Made by a program: the position numbers and the translations under genes | The notes under the pieces: model-generated | Told to the model about the DNA's origin: nothing | What the model saw: the letters and a program-made list of their open reading frames with translations, nothing else | Database searches by the model: none | Source of the DNA: Stegostoma tigrinum | Lineage: Eukaryota | NCBI RefSeq assembly: GCF_030684315.1 | Contig: NC_081366.1 | Span: 29,240,078-29,304,077, forward strand | Length of the DNA stretch: 64,000 bases | Direction of reading: 5' to 3' | Part shown: positions 36,152-49,689 of the stretch, piece after piece | Layout: the number at the start of each line of letters is the position of its first letter | Numbering within the stretch: the stretch's first letter is position 1

Positions 36152-36451
36152 CCTAATTGTCTAGAGTTAAGAGTCAATCATGTAACTGTGGGTCTGGGTT
36201 ACTTTTAAGTCAGGGCATGTAAGGACAGCAGATATCTTTCGCAGAAGGACATCAATGAACTATATGTGTGTTCACAACAATCAATAATGGTTACATATTA
36301 CAGTTAGGCTAGCTTTTAATTCCCAGTTACTTTGTTGAATTCAAACCTCATCATCTGTCATGTTGGGATTCAAACTGATGTCCTCAGAACATTAGCCTGA
36401 AGTTCTAGATTATTCATCCAGCGACATGACCGTGACATCATCAACTCTTCC
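36152..36451 (-). mobile_element. Degraded DeuSINE-like SINE
   Basis: Aligns by eye to 10715-11014 (gttaagagtcaa...gtaaggacagcag...gggattcaaact). Confidence 0.75.
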
Positions 36452-36654
36452 TACCATGGTTTTGATCACACTTTAACTCCCACACACAAGTTTAGCTATC
36501 CACTTTTGGAATATCTCTGCAAAGTAAGGATGGCAGGTAAATAATCTGTAGATATTAAGGCAGAAATTTGCGACACAAAAATTAAAATTCATGACAATCA
36601 GAAGTATGCCAAAAAATTTATTCTCCTTAGAAGTATCAGCAGTGTAGATGGCTT

Positions 36655-38252
36655 AGAGATAATGGGAACTGCAGATGCTGGAGAATCCAAGATAACAAAG
36701 TGTGGAGCTGGATGAACACAGCAGGCCAAGCAGCATCTCAGGAGCACAAAAGTTGACAGTTCGGGCCTAGACCCTTCATCAGGGAGGGGGATGGGGAGAG
36801 GGTTCTGGAATAAATAGGGAGAGAGGGGGAGGCGGACCGAAGATGGAGAGAAAAGAAGATAGGTGGAGAGGAGAGTATAGGTGGGGAGGTAGGGAGGGGA
36901 TAGGTCAGTCCAGGGAAGATGGACAGGTCAAGGAGGTGGGATGAGGTTAGTAGGTAGGAAATGGAGGTGCGGCTTGAGATGGGAGGAAGGGATGGGTGAG
37001 AAGAAGAACAGGTTAGGGAGGCAGAGACAGGCTGGGCTGGTCTTGGGATGCAGTGGGTGGGGGGGAAGAGCTTGGCTATTTGTGGGATGCGGTGGGGGAA
37101 GGGGAGATTTTGAAGCTGGTGAAGTCCACTTTGATACCATTGGGCTGCAGGATTCCCAAGCGGAATATGAGTTGCTGTTCCTGCAACCTTCGGGTGGCAT
37201 CCTTTTGGCACTGCAGGAGGCCCATGATGGACATGTCATCTAAAGAATGGGAGGGGGAGATAAAATGGTTCGCGACTGGGAGGTGCAGTGGTTTATTGCG
37301 AACCAAGTGGAGGTGTTCTGCAAAGCGGTCCCCAAGCCTCCGCTTGGTTTCCGCAATGTAGAGGTAGCCACTTCGGGTACAATGAATACGGTATACCACA
37401 TTGGCAGATGTGCAGGTGAACCTCTGCTTAATATGGAAAGTCATCTTGGGGCCTGGGATGGGGGTGAGGGAGGAGGGGTGGGGACAAGTGTAGCACTTCC
37501 TGCGGTTGCAGGGGAAGGTGCCGGGTGTGGTGGGGTTGGAGGGCAGTGTGAAGCGAATAAGGGAGTCACGGAGAGAGTGGTCTCTCCGGAAGGCAGACAA
37601 GGGTGGGGATGGAAAAATAGCTTGGGTGGTGGCGTCGGATTGTAGATGGCAGAAGTGTCGGAGGATGATGCGTTGTATCCGGAGGTTGGTGGGGTGGTGT
37701 GTGAGAACGAGGGGGATCCTCTTTGGGCGGTTGTGGCGGGGGCGGGGTGTGAGGGATGTGTTGCGGGAAATGCGAGAACACGGTCAAGGGCGTTCTCGAC
37801 CACTGCGGGGGGAAAGTTGCGGTCCTTGAAGAACTTGGACATCTGGGATGTGCGGGAGTGGAATGCCTCATCGTGGGAGCAGATGCGGCGGAGGCGGAGG
37901 AATTGGGAATAGGGGATGGAACTTTTGCAGGACGGTAGGTGGGAGGAGTATTCTAGGTAACTGTGGGAGTCGGTAGGCTTGAAATGGACATCAGTAACTA
38001 GCTGGTTGCCTGAGATGGAGACTGAGAGGTCCAGGAAGGTGAGGGATGTGTTGGAGATGTCCCAGGTGAACTTGAGGTTGGGGTGGAAGGTGTTGGTGAA
38101 GTGGATGAACTGTTCGAGCTCCTCTGGGGAGCAAGAGGCGGCGCCGATACAGTCATCAATGTAACGTAGGAAGAGGTGGGATTTGGGACCTGTGTCGGTG
38201 CAGAAGAGGGACTGTTCCATGTAACCTACAAAGAGGCAGGCATAGCTGGGGC
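36655..38252 (-). mobile_element. 5'-truncated Neptune-type Penelope element: RT (YIDD), Cys linker, GIY-YIG, pLTR with tail; frameshifted
   Basis: PSYACLFVGYMEQSLF...LRYIDDCIG...FLDL...KPTDSHSYL (ORF 37441-38220). GTFPCNRRKCYTC...NVVYRIHC...YIAETKRRLGDRFAEH (ORF 37076-37600). Same pLTR as 4849-6103. Hammerhead GAAA mutated to GAAC. Confidence 0.96.
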
Positions 38253-38404
38253 TTGTTTATTTCAGTCAAATCTCATTCAGCATTACTCCCTGAAGTTAAA
38301 GTATCTAATTTCTAGCTGTAGTTCACGGTGTAAAGCATACTTTATCAATATTTTTGAGCACCAACAAATTTATAGTTAATGAATGGTCACTTCACCCAAT
38401 TCAG

Positions 38405-39790
38405 AATCATTGGAAGAGGGTATCAATTCAGTCCAGTCTGGCTTGTCGTACCTGATACTGATGGTGATGGTGATGCTCCTCCTGCTCTGTGTCCTCACCT
38501 TCATCCTTGAAAGACTGCTGCTGCTATTCCAGCATTTTAGCGTCCATCACATCTCTACTTTACCTGCTTCAGTTGTGCAAGAAACTACAGAGGGTTGTGA
38601 ACATAGCCCAACCTTTCATGCAAATCAACCTCCCATCCATTGACCCCATATATACTTCACGCTGCTTTGAGAAAACAATCAACCAATGATAGCTCCCACC
38701 CTGGTTCTACTCCCTTCCACTGGGCAGAAGGTATAAAAGTTTGAATACACGTACAAACAGACTTCAGCCCTGCTGTTGTCAGCCTTTTGAATGGGCCTTT
38801 TAAGTGTTAATGTTGATCTCTCTCTGCACCTTCTCAGCAGCTGTAATACTTTATCCTTTACTCTGTTCTGTTACCCTGATGAGCTTGTATCAAGGTAAAG
38901 CACGTAGGACAACACCTCTCAGTGCATGTCAGTACATGTAACTGTAATAAATCAAATCAAATCAAATGTCAGATTATACAACACTTTCTGTTATCTTGAA
39001 GAGACCTATCATATGGCCCACAATGGCCCTTGTGAAGGTATGGGTTCATCATATCTCTGCTTGGCTTCAGTCAGAAAGTTGCTCAATGGGAATCATTAGC
39101 TTTGGTTGCAAGGGGTAGTCTTTATATCTAAGTAATCATCCTTCAAAGGCATCTGGCAATTGAAATGAAGCAGGAAATGAGAATTCTCAAGGATACAGAG
39201 ATCGTGGCAGTCCCCAGAGTATTGAGCACAGGCCTCCAATATGTGGTACTGATGATCACTGGTGACTGTTACGTTAATGGAATAGAACCATCTTTACTTG
39301 GTGAATTCAGCTGCATTACAACATGGCACTCTCATCATGTGCGTATAATTTATAGTGCCCTGCACCTGGAGATGCCAGCTATGTTGGCAATGTGTTGGCA
39401 ATGTCTGGGCTGCAGAACAGATAATGTCATGGGGAAGAAAGATGAAAGGCTGTGATCTGATACAAACTGCGTCATTAACAGCCTTGATACCTTTTGGGAG
39501 TTGAGGATCAAGAGATCCCATATGGATTTCTGTGGATCCTTGGAAACAGCCAGCTGCATAATGATTTAGTTCAGATGGCACCTTGAAGTCACTGGAATAA
39601 GACAGCCAACCATCCCTTTGTGTCATGAGTCCCACTCCAGCAACGCCGTGACTCTGTCCCAGGACATCCTCAATCTGTGGTGATGCTACACCTCACTCAT
39701 CAGGAGGAAAGGCATCGAGGTAGAGTTGGCATAGACTCAGGGCCTCTTCTACCTCTTCTAAATACTGAGATTACTCTCAGTTGTGACTTA
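38405..39790 (-). mobile_element. PIF/Harbinger (HARBI1-like) transposase pseudogene, split by a Rex1-like insertion
   Basis: LNHYAAGCFQGST...QVQGTINYTH...FYSINVTVTSDHQYHILEACAQYSGDCHDLCILENS...DIKDYPLQPKLMIP...TRAIVGHMIGLFK. Acidic C-terminus DEGEDTEQEE at about 38480. Confidence 0.88.
38565..38966 (+). mobile_element. Rex1/Babar-like LINE 3' end
   Basis: KKLQRVVNIAQ...LPSIDPIYTSRC motif and aataaa(tcaaa)3 tail. Confidence 0.75.
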
Positions 39791-40904
39791 CTTGTATGGA
39801 GGCTATTCAGCAGCTGCTGGTGATTGCCGCTGGTCCTGAGCTTTCTGGCACATTTGTGCCTCCTCCATTTCTCTACACGTCCATGATTGGGTCTGAAGTG
39901 ACAATAACTCCTAGTGTGATGGGATGCATAGGTTACAGTTCCAGTGAATCTGTTTGTGGAATCTCAGAAACAGAACAGATCCTTAGTTATGTGAGCAGTC
40001 AGCATTTGGAACACATGAAAATAACAGTTTAGTATAGTCCTCCAAAGAGTAGGTCATGGAGGATTCTAATTAGAAAGGCCATGGGCCTTATGAAGCATAA
40101 GTCAGGCCATTGCACTACATACAAGAGCAGCTCAGCAAATACTTATGGTTGAAACTGTGAGGAAATCATCTCTGTGCCCTCATACAGCCGATAGAAATTT
40201 GGTTGTTTTTATGCTCAACTCTGATTATTTCTGCTTCGCGGAAATGACTATGATCAATCTATTTGCTTCTGACCAGGACTTGCATCCCATTCAGTTTACC
40301 TGAGCAGGTGTTTCACATGCAGGATTCTTTGATTACAGATATCTTTAAGCTGTACTGTGAAAGTGTCTGATTATTGAAACAGCTCCATGCACAGCCCCAC
40401 ATTGCTCACGGTAGAATTCACCTCTTCAAACAGAAAAAAAAATTCCTCTGCCCATTCTGAGTGTGGTGACTACCACTTTTCATTTCATTTCATTGCATAT
40501 TTGCATTCAGAAGAAGATAGAAAGCAACACAATACATTTTCACAGAATGAGTCATAGGCTCAGCTTCTTAATCTAGATGGCCCTCCTCCCAAAACTTCAT
40601 GTTCCCTATTTCACTCTTGCTCTCAACCTCATCATTTCTGAACTTTCACATATTCCCACCTACACTTCCACTTAAGTGTTCTTCTCCGAACATTACCCCA
40701 CTCAGCCCTGGACCTACAGTCTAGCCATTTCAGCAATTGTTGTGCGCTGTTCTCCCAGTGAGGGTGACCTTCAGTGAACCCACCTCCTGCATCACACCTT
40801 TCCCTTTCATGCTGTATTGCTTTCCACCCTTGTTGAGTATATATATGCTGGGTTTCCAAACTCACAATATTGCCCCCTCTGTATCCCAGTATACTGCCTC
40901 TAGT

Positions 40905-41138
40905 AAAAAACGGAAAGGACTGTGGATGCTGTAAGCCAGGATCAAATACAGAAGTAACTAGAAAAGCTCAACAGACTTGGCAGTGTCTGTGAAGATAAAA
41001 TCAGAGTTAACATTTTGGGTCCGGTAACTCGACCAGAGCGGGTCTGAAGAAGGGTAAACGGATCCGAAATGTTAACTCTGACATTTTTCTTCACAGATGC
41101 TGCCAGACCCGCTGAGCATTTCCAGCAACTTCTGTTTT
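40905..41138. mobile_element. Penelope-derived palindromic mini-element (subfamily B) with + strand hammerhead core
   Basis: Arms inverted around 41035. CTGAAGA-a-gggtaaacggatcc-GAAAtgTT from 41044. Degenerate duplication atactgcctctagt (40891) / atgctgcccctaat (41141). Confidence 0.88.
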
Positions 41139-42660
41139 CAATGCTGCCCCTAATCCCTCCGACTGACTTCCCAACTCCCCTACCACCCAAATAGCCCCTT
41201 ATAACTCTCACTGACTTTCAGGAAACTTACTCCTGGGCCTGTTAGTCACCTACCCTGCCCTGACTGACTTAGGAGGACTACTCCAACTGATGACTGACCA
41301 GATCCCGAACTGATCTCTGTGTTGTTCATGCTCCTAGTCTCCAGACTGACTGCATTGGATTTACAAGACTAGCCATGGCCCAATCCCAGAGTTATAGTGA
41401 CAAGGAAGTCTTGTCCCTAACCAGCCCAAGAGGCTGACTGTGCCCAAGCCCCAGAACTGAGATTAAATTTTGCCCTTAACTGACTGTGATGGACCGCCTT
41501 GACTGATGACAATTTTTCTTGAATTGACTGAGGACTACTACCTTGAAACTTAGAAACATGTGTATTTCATAGATCCACGTTCTGTGTTGGCCTCAAAAGC
41601 TCTTGAAATACGCTGTAGTTTTGACAATGATGTAGCACAGTGCCTTATGGCAACATATCTGCCACCTTGATTGATAATTGCTGACAACCATGGCAAACCT
41701 GCCTGGATTGCTGTAAAAAGGCAAGTCAAACCAGAAGCACTTTTTAGCCTGTATATACTGAAAGAAGTGACAAAGTACAAAATGTTAAGGCAAAGAAGAA
41801 ATGCTGTGGGCACAAAGTGAAGATCCCTGAGATGTGCCCTGCTCCCAGGTATGAGATGTGTACCTGTATGCAAAATGTCCTGACAGGTGCATGGCAATGA
41901 AAAGTGCCGGGGCTCTCCAAAGTGCGGCACAGAGCTGTATTTCTAGTGAATTAGAGATGTGCCATGATGATGTTGTCAGGCCGGTGTGTATCTAATGCCA
42001 AAGTCTGCTGACAGGGTGCTACCCATGGAGCATGTCCGGAAATGTTGGAGACTGCTAGCCAAGTCAGAGAAGCAGAGACGTACGCAGCGAGCTGGAGTTG
42101 TTAGGTAACCACTCTATCTTTCATGTCAGGAGTTGGTGCCGTCTAGCTGTCACTGAATGGGAGAAGAGCAAACAGTATACAAATGAGGTAAGACTAGGTG
42201 ATACGACATGTTAATATATGAAAATTGACCGCTTGAGATACACTAATGAGATTCTTTCCTCACCATTCAACATTCGGGTGCAAAATCGGACTTTTTTTCT
42301 CGACATCAAGGATCTAATTTTTGTGATCTTACCACATTTCCTGAATTGAATTGCCAGCCTCCCCATCATTCCTCTTATTGCTGTCTTGTTAATTTGTTGA
42401 CTTCACTTTTATTATGCTTATTATTTCAATGATCACCCAGCATAAAATACAAATTTCTTGACTTTTCTATTCAGCTGATAACTATTACAGAAACTATGAC
42501 TAATGATTTTTGCGCTCACCTCAACAGGCAGACATTAGATTTGTTCTTTACTTCTTCACAGCCTTTTGCAAAGGAATACAAATGGTCAGACAGCATTGAA
42601 CATAGAATAATCATCTGCTAGTGTTTTCTCTGTATATTATGCCAGTTTTTAAATGGAACC

Positions 42661-42750
42661 AAAGAAGAGTCATTAGACTCAAAACATTAACTCTGTTTCT
42701 GTCTCAAAAAATACTGCTAAATTTTCCAGAATTCGCTTGTTTTCATTTTC
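42661..42750 (+). mobile_element. Degraded single arm of a subfamily-B-like Penelope mini-element
   Basis: aagaagagtcattagactcaaaacattaactctgtttct parallels gaggaagggtcaccagacccgaaacattaactctgttttct. Confidence 0.65.
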
Positions 42751-44446
42751 GCTCTACAACAACAAATCTTATTCGAGTACAACTGCATCAGTTAAGTTAT
42801 CTCATCTGTACAAAGCATGCTTGCCAACAATCCTTGCTCATTCAAGGCTATTCTGTAAGATAATAACAGGTTTCTTCATGGAATTATTCATGATATCTCA
42901 GCTGGAAGCTCACAATTCCCTATAGAAGCAAGAAACAATAATGTATGAAAATACTTTGACCTGGGACTTTAATTCACATCCCAGTAGACCATACAGAGTG
43001 ATTGCACTTCATGAATTTTTCTTCAATTTTGTGAAGATTGCATTACCTTATTACTTTCTGCACATTCTTATTACAGCATGACTATGGCAGCTGGAAAGCA
43101 CCTGATTAGGAGTTCCCTCATCTCATGTCATAATTTGAGCCTGAAGACCAATGAATAGGGGGTAAACAGAATTTCTGTATGAGATCCCTTAATGGTTCAG
43201 TGGTGAATTTCAGTATGTGGTGTCATGTTCAGGAGATGTATAGAATGGTCTCTAAGCTAAAGAGCTAGCTATCCTTTTGATCAGCAAGTAAAACCTTGAA
43301 ATGAGGAAGTGTGACAGATGTGAAGAGTTCACAGCACTAAAAGAGATATTGAAGTTATATTAGGGCGTTAAACTGGGTTGAATATGAAACTGAGTACAGG
43401 CTTTGCAATGTTCAATTAAGCCATCCCTGTTCAGTGTAATGTGGTCACCATACCATTTTTGGACAGCCTGCTCATCACCATTTTTATTTGTAGCTAGGAC
43501 TGCCCATGTTAATTCGTTGGCTGCATGCATCAGCTGGGAGACCTGCATCATTTGTACATTGCACTCCATGAAGGTAACATGTGCCCATTTTAGATGAGGT
43601 AGATTGGTAGGAGCAGATGTCAGTTCTGTTCTGCAGCTAAATCAGACCTGGGAAAAAATGAAGAATGGCTGAAAAGTTAGGAGACTCCAAGGTTTTTTGG
43701 AGAAAGCACTGATATCTTCATTGAGAACGGAGAAAGGAAGATAATCTGAAATGGATCAGGGATGGTGGATAGGAAACTAAGAAAACACAGAGTATGAAAG
43801 AGTGGGAACAGACAATTGAATGTGTCACTTCCAGGATCAGGATTTCATGAGTTGAAATGTTTACTGTCCCTCTCTCACATACATCGTCTGAACTCCACCT
43901 CTAGTATGACTGTCTGCCCAGAGCCTGTTCAGACTCAAACTAGCATTAGGTGACTCTGAGAGAGATTTCCAGCCAGATCTGAGGGTAAAGTTCTACCTTC
44001 TCCTGCTGCTGACTAATCTTATTAACTGCCAGCACTTTAAACTCAATCACTGGTGAGATTCAGTGACAGCAATGGCCCTTGCTGGGACCTTCTCATCCGA
44101 ATGATGAACACGCAGGAAGGGAATGATAGGTAAAGTTGGGGACTCGTGACAATGCCAGGAGAGGAAACTCCAAGGAGAAAGGTGCTGAGGGGATTGCAGC
44201 CTGGGGCACTCAGGCCAAAAACATCAGGGAGCAGACGTTGAATGGGAGGCATCCGATAGAACAGGGAGGCCCTAAAGGAGGCAGAAGGCCAAAGCAGACT
44301 TTCATCCTGGGATTTCTATTCAACAACAACTCCTCCCACCAACTAAAATATTGTGATCTGGTGAGACTGGCCAACATCTCACCGATTAAATCATGGCCTT
44401 CTTGAGGGCTGGCAGTAGATATTTGAAACCGCATGCACAACACTTT

Positions 44447-44592
44447 AAATAAAAACCGAAAGAGCTGCGGATGCTGTAAATCAGGAACAAAAGGGAAGGG
44501 TCACCGGACCCAAAATGATAACTCTGTTTTCTCCTCCACAGATGCTGCAAGACCTGCTGAGCTTCTCCAGCAACTTTGTTTTTGTTCCTGAT
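44447..44592. mobile_element. Penelope-derived mini-element (subfamily B): inverted tail + one arm
   Basis: 44447-44492 is the inverted tail, then ggaagggtcaccggaccc...gttcctgat. Duplication atgcacaacacttt (44433-44446) / atgcacaacatttt (44591-44604). Confidence 0.88.
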
Positions 44593-44659
44593 GCACAACA
44601 TTTTGCTGTCTTTCCCCGCACTTACCCTCATCATAAAATTCTGACTACAAAATTTAGCA

Positions 44660-45560
44660 CCAAAAATTTTAAATACCACTGACCTCAAAGTCAGTGAATC
44701 CATATTCAAATATCACAGGCTGTTAATTGTTCCATCAGTGTTGGACACTGCTCAATTCACAACACTCCTTTGCTCACCTACAAGTGATCTCTTAGTAATG
44801 AGTGCTCACATGTTACACCCCTCGATCACATACTTATCACGGCAGAACCTCCCACAGCTCAAAGATTTAACACATAATCAAATATTGAACCAGAATATTG
44901 TCATGACACTTACAAATTGCCCAGCATTCTCTGACACATTTTCCTTTCATTTGTTTGAGAAGGTAATGCACAAACATAGACAAAAGGAACTAATCAGACA
45001 TAGGGAGCCATGTCTACATAATAGCTACTGGCTATTGTGTGAAATGCTACTGCTGAGGCTGTGGTATGTGGCCGAGATGAATGCTCTAAAGTTGATGACA
45101 TCCGCATAACTAATCCTCCTGCCAACCATCCGTTATTTGTCAAATAAATATCTCTTCAGATTTATAAATTTTAAACAGAGTATGCATGCACTTCTTACCT
45201 TCTTCTTTTCTCTGGCCACAAACAAAGCCTTGCCCCTTTTTACTCCAGTTTCAAAAAACTACAACTTGCTCTTGCAGCGAAGGAACAACAGGAGGACAGC
45301 CATGATAAACTCTACCCTCCAATCCCGCACTCAAAGCCAGCAGCCCAGCCAGTGACACCATGTGCATTTTAAGGGAACTACCAAAGGCAGTATCTATACA
45401 TAGTGAGGCATCAGATAAAATTCTGCCGTAGATAGAGCAGAGGATAAGAGGTTGCTCACAGGTTCTGCTGCAAGGAACTTAGCTGAGTACATTAACGGGC
45501 AAGAATACAGAAAGGGGACCCAGGCCTGACAGAAATGCTGAGTACCTTGTCAAGGAGCCT
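44660..45560 (+). mobile_element. Possible Harbinger Myb/SANT-like gene remnant
   Basis: EKVMHKHRQKELIRHREPCLH (ORF 44738-45109) resembles the EK.AHNRR exon seen at 57890-58021. Confidence 0.4.
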
Positions 45561-45939
45561 TCTGTCTGACACCTAGTTTGTAAAGTACTTTTCAGAGTTT
45601 GGAAGCCATCTTTTCAGTATGGAGCCAGTGATGAACAGTTGTGAAATCAACAATAATGCGATGTCCAATTTACCAATACCTTAGCTTCCTTTGCAAGAAA
45701 AGATGCAACTAACCAACTGGAAGCTCAGATTGTTCCCATTATGACCACAGATCTTCTATATTTATCAAGGAGTGTGGTCATCATTAATGGCTCATCCCTA
45801 AATTCCATTTTCAAGGCATGTTAAATGCCTTCTTAACCTGTTGCAATCCATAAACTAGAATTTCCCGCAATGCAGTTATGTCAGAAGTTTCAGAAATGTG
45901 ACTCCATTACAATGAAGTAAGAGTAATATATTTCTAAAG

Positions 45940-46160
45940 TATTACCTGGTATGTAACTTGGAGGGGAACCTGCAGGTGGTTGTATTGCAGTGCATCTGCT
46001 GCCCTTGTACTCTAAGCAGTCAAGTTCATGGGTCTACAGAAGCCTTGGTAAATGGCTGCAGTATGTCTTGCAGATGGTTGTCATTACTACTAAGGTGTTC
46101 AGCGTTAGAGGGAGTAAATGTTTTAAAATAGTAGATGAAGTGGCAATTAAGTGAGCTGCA
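45940..46160 (-). mobile_element. L2/CR1-group LINE fragment
   Basis: Reverse-complement similarity to 8240-8400 (ttggaggggaacctgcaggtgg...tctgctgcccttgt). Confidence 0.7.
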
Positions 46161-47214
46161 TGCTTCAAGGCATCACAGCAGTGCATCGATCAATCCTCTG
46201 TCAGATTGTTAGGATTGCAGAGAAGTTACACGAGGCGTAACAGTGGTTCAATGCCTTCTATCAGTATGATGTCTTTTTGTCCAATACCACGCTGCCAGTG
46301 TCCTCAATATTGTCAGCTAACCTTCCCAGAGAGCTGCCATCTATACAAAGTCGGGCAATGGAAAGCTATGTATTCCAAGATAAGTGCACATTAAGCTCAT
46401 TCTTCAAGGCATCTACATGACCCCACCCAGTGCAAGTCAGCCCACTTCCCCCAGTATTGATATGCACTACAGTGGGCAAAGCACCACAAAGACAGTCAAT
46501 AAGGGAATGCACCAGTTTGTTCAGATTGATGTTGTATTTATAAATTGAAATTGTATTTTTGTACTTTATAGTAGCTTTACCTTTGCATTGTGAGCAAGAA
46601 GCCAAGATGCGAGACATCAGCGTCAGAGGGAAGGTAAGGACTATGAAGAAAGAGGAATTGGGGTTGAGCCAAGCACAGCAGAACCCTCCAAAGAGGTCCA
46701 TACAGTGAAATTTATTCCTTCCTGGTAACAATCCTGCCAAAAGTTCCATTAGATTTCTTGTGGCAGTGTGGCTGTCATTATATGCATGGCTCATCTGTGT
46801 CAGTTAGCTGCAAATTAGGACATTCAACAATATCATTTGAGATTAATCTTTGTAACCTGGTAATCACTGTTTGATTTGCCCATGCAGACTGAAATATTGC
46901 ATGGGGTTATACATCATGACTCCTTCCAGTGTTTGCTGTTCCCTTTATTTTGAATGCTCTAAGTTGGGGGTAATATGTGAGCTAAAGGGATCATGATGCA
47001 AAGGTGATGTAAGACTACAGGAATAGAAGAGCATCTGGAGCGAGATTGCATGGAGGACATACCCTGAGGCATTTTAGGTCCATGAACGTAACAATAATTA
47101 GGCTGTAAATACAAAGTTATTGATCAATTATTCAGAATACTCCGGACTCATTCAAGAGACAATAAAACCCCCTTTCACCCCACCCAGAAGACAAAATATT
47201 GTGAAAACCTATTC

Positions 47215-47432
47215 AGAGATAGTAGGAACTGCAGATGCTGGAGAATCTGAGATAACAAGGTGTGGAGCTGAATGAACACAGCAGGCCAAGCAGCATCAGA
47301 GGAGCAGGAAGGCTGATGTTTCGGGTCTGGACCTTTCTTCCGAAGAAGAGTGCAGACTCGAAACATCAGATTTCCTGCTCCTCTGATGCTGCTTGGCCTG
47401 CTGTGTTCATTCAGCCCCACACCTTGTTATCT
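47215..47432. mobile_element. Penelope-derived palindromic mini-element (subfamily A variant), two decayed hammerhead cores back to back
   Basis: Arms inverted around ttcttc|cgaagaa (about 47341). Shared flank tgaaaacct at 47202-47210 and 47437-47445. Confidence 0.92.
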
Positions 47433-47544
47433 ATCTTGAAAACCTGATGTGTTCACATCCAGTTCACTCTTTCCTGGCAACAGCTCACACTTACATAAAC
47501 ACTTTTCAAAGAGGAATATGTCATAGGGTGCCTGACAGACTGTA

Positions 47545-48320
47545 ATCAGACATAAATGAGCAACAACATAAAGAAAAATTGATTAGGAAATGTGTTTGAA
47601 AATGAGCAGAAGAAGATGTGCTTTTTTAAAAATAGACAGACAAGAGAAAAAGGCAAAGGTGATTCGGGAGGGAATTGCTTGTTGTGGGTTTAAAGTGACT
47701 GAAGTTTCGTCAGTGAGATGAGGGATACACAAGGGATTAGATTAGGCTTGGTAATGGAAGGAGAAGACTGGAGAAAATTACAGTTAGAGAAGATTGAGGT
47801 CATGCAGATATTTTAGGGTTTTGGCCAACATGAGTCCATGCACGCCAACAGGAATGGGCAGGAATTGGATGAATTAACACATTGAGGTTTAGGGTCGAGA
47901 CCAAAAATGCTGAGATGAGCCAAGGTTTGTAATGGTAGATGATGGGAGGCAGACGCAAATTGATTTGAGTCTATAGTTAACAAAACTGTTAAGGATATTT
48001 TTCAGAAGCAAATGAGCCAAGGTAGAAGTAGAAGCTGGTGATGTCACGGAGGTGGAAACAGGTGGTCTTTCTACAGAAGAGCATGTGAATTCAAAGACAA
48101 CAATGAGGTTTTGATCAGCCTGGACCTACCTGAGACAGCACCCAGGAGAATGGATTGAATTGTTACCAAGGCAATATATTGATGTCAGCAGTCTTACCTG
48201 GAGAAAATGTGGCTCCTCCAAATTGGAGGCTTCCTTAGCAGCCTGATAGTGGAGAAATAATTGAGAGGTCAAGGAAGCGCTAGGGAGACAGAATTGGAAT
48301 TCATTATCTTGCACATTTGA
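47545..48320 (-). mobile_element. Highly degraded L2-like LINE
   Basis: Purine-rich tract with local similarity to 27600-28070. Confidence 0.45.
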
Positions 48321-48323
48321 CCT

Positions 48324-48968
48324 ATAGAAACATAGAAGCATAGAAGATAGGAGGAGGCTATTCAGCCTTTCGAGCCTACTCAGCAATTCTTCATGATCAT
48401 GACTGATTGCCCAACTCAATAGCCTAATCCTGCTTTCTCCTCATAACCTTTGATCCCATTTACCCCAAGCGCTATATCTTGTCACCTCTTGAATACATTC
48501 AATGTTTTGGCATCAACTATTTCCTGTGGTAATGAAGTCCACAGGTTTACCTCTCTTTGGGTGTAGAAATGTCTCCTCATCTCCATCCTAAATTGTCTAC
48601 ATCAAATCTCTTACTATGACCCCTGGTTCTGGACACACTCACCATCAGGAAAATCCTCCCTGCATTTACCCTGTCCAGTCCTGTTAGAATTTAATAAATG
48701 TCTATGAAATCGCCTCTCACTCATGTGAATTCTAACAAAACAATCCTAACCGACTCAATCTCTCCCCAAACATCAGACCTGCTATCCCCAGAATCAGCCT
48801 GCTGAACCTTCGCTGCATTCCCTTGAGAGCAAGAGCATCCTTCCTCAGAAAAGGAGACCAAAACTGCACGTAATATTCTAGATGTGGCTTCACCACGCTG
48901 TGTATAACTGCAACAACACATCCCTGCTCCTTTACTCAAAACTTTTTGCAATGAAGGCCAACATACCC
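48324..48968 (-). mobile_element. 5'-truncated CR1 LINE
   Basis: (catagaa)n tail. Minus frames give LVKPHLEYYVQFWSPFLRKD. Confidence 0.9.
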
Positions 48969-49039
48969 AAGGTCAGATCCCAAAACTAATCCTTGAGACA
49001 ACTCACACATTTTTTAACCAATATAGTCTCAGTAATTAG

Positions 49040-49612
49040 GCATAGAGTAATACAGCACGGAAACAGACCCTTCGGTCCAACCAGTCCATGCCAACCATAG
49101 TCCCAAACTAAATTAGTCCCCCTTGCTTACACTTGGCCCATATCTGTCTAAATATCTTTTAAATGCTGTAACTGTATCCGCATCTACCACCTCCTCTAAA
49201 AGTTCATCCCACACACAAATCACTCTCTGTGTTAAAAAACTGTTCCTCGTGTACTTTTAAATCTTTCTCCTCTCACCTTAAAAATATGCACCCAGCCTTG
49301 AAAACCCTCACACTAGGGAAAAGATACCTGTCATTCACCTCCTCATGATTCTATAAGGTCACCTCTCAATCTCCTATGTTCCAGTAAAAAAAGTCTCAGG
49401 TTATCCAGCCTCTCCTTTTAACTCAAACCCTCCAGACTTGGCAACATCATGATAAATCTTACCTGAATCCTCTCCTCTAATAATATCCTTCCAAAACAGG
49501 ACACAGCATTCCAGATAAGACTACACTAATGTCCTGTACAACCTCAACATAATGCCCCAACTCTTACTTTCAAAGGTCTGAGCAATGAAGGCAAGTGGGC
49601 TAAATACCTTCT
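49040..49612 (-). mobile_element. 5'-truncated CR1 LINE (second subfamily)
   Basis: acagcacggaaacagacccttcggtccaacc is the reverse complement of the 3' end at 26788-26815. Confidence 0.88.
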
Positions 49613-49689
49613 TGACTTTTTTGTTAATCATTTCTTAACCAATTCCTAACATTTTTTATTGTCCAACAACACCTTAATTAATCATTGCA

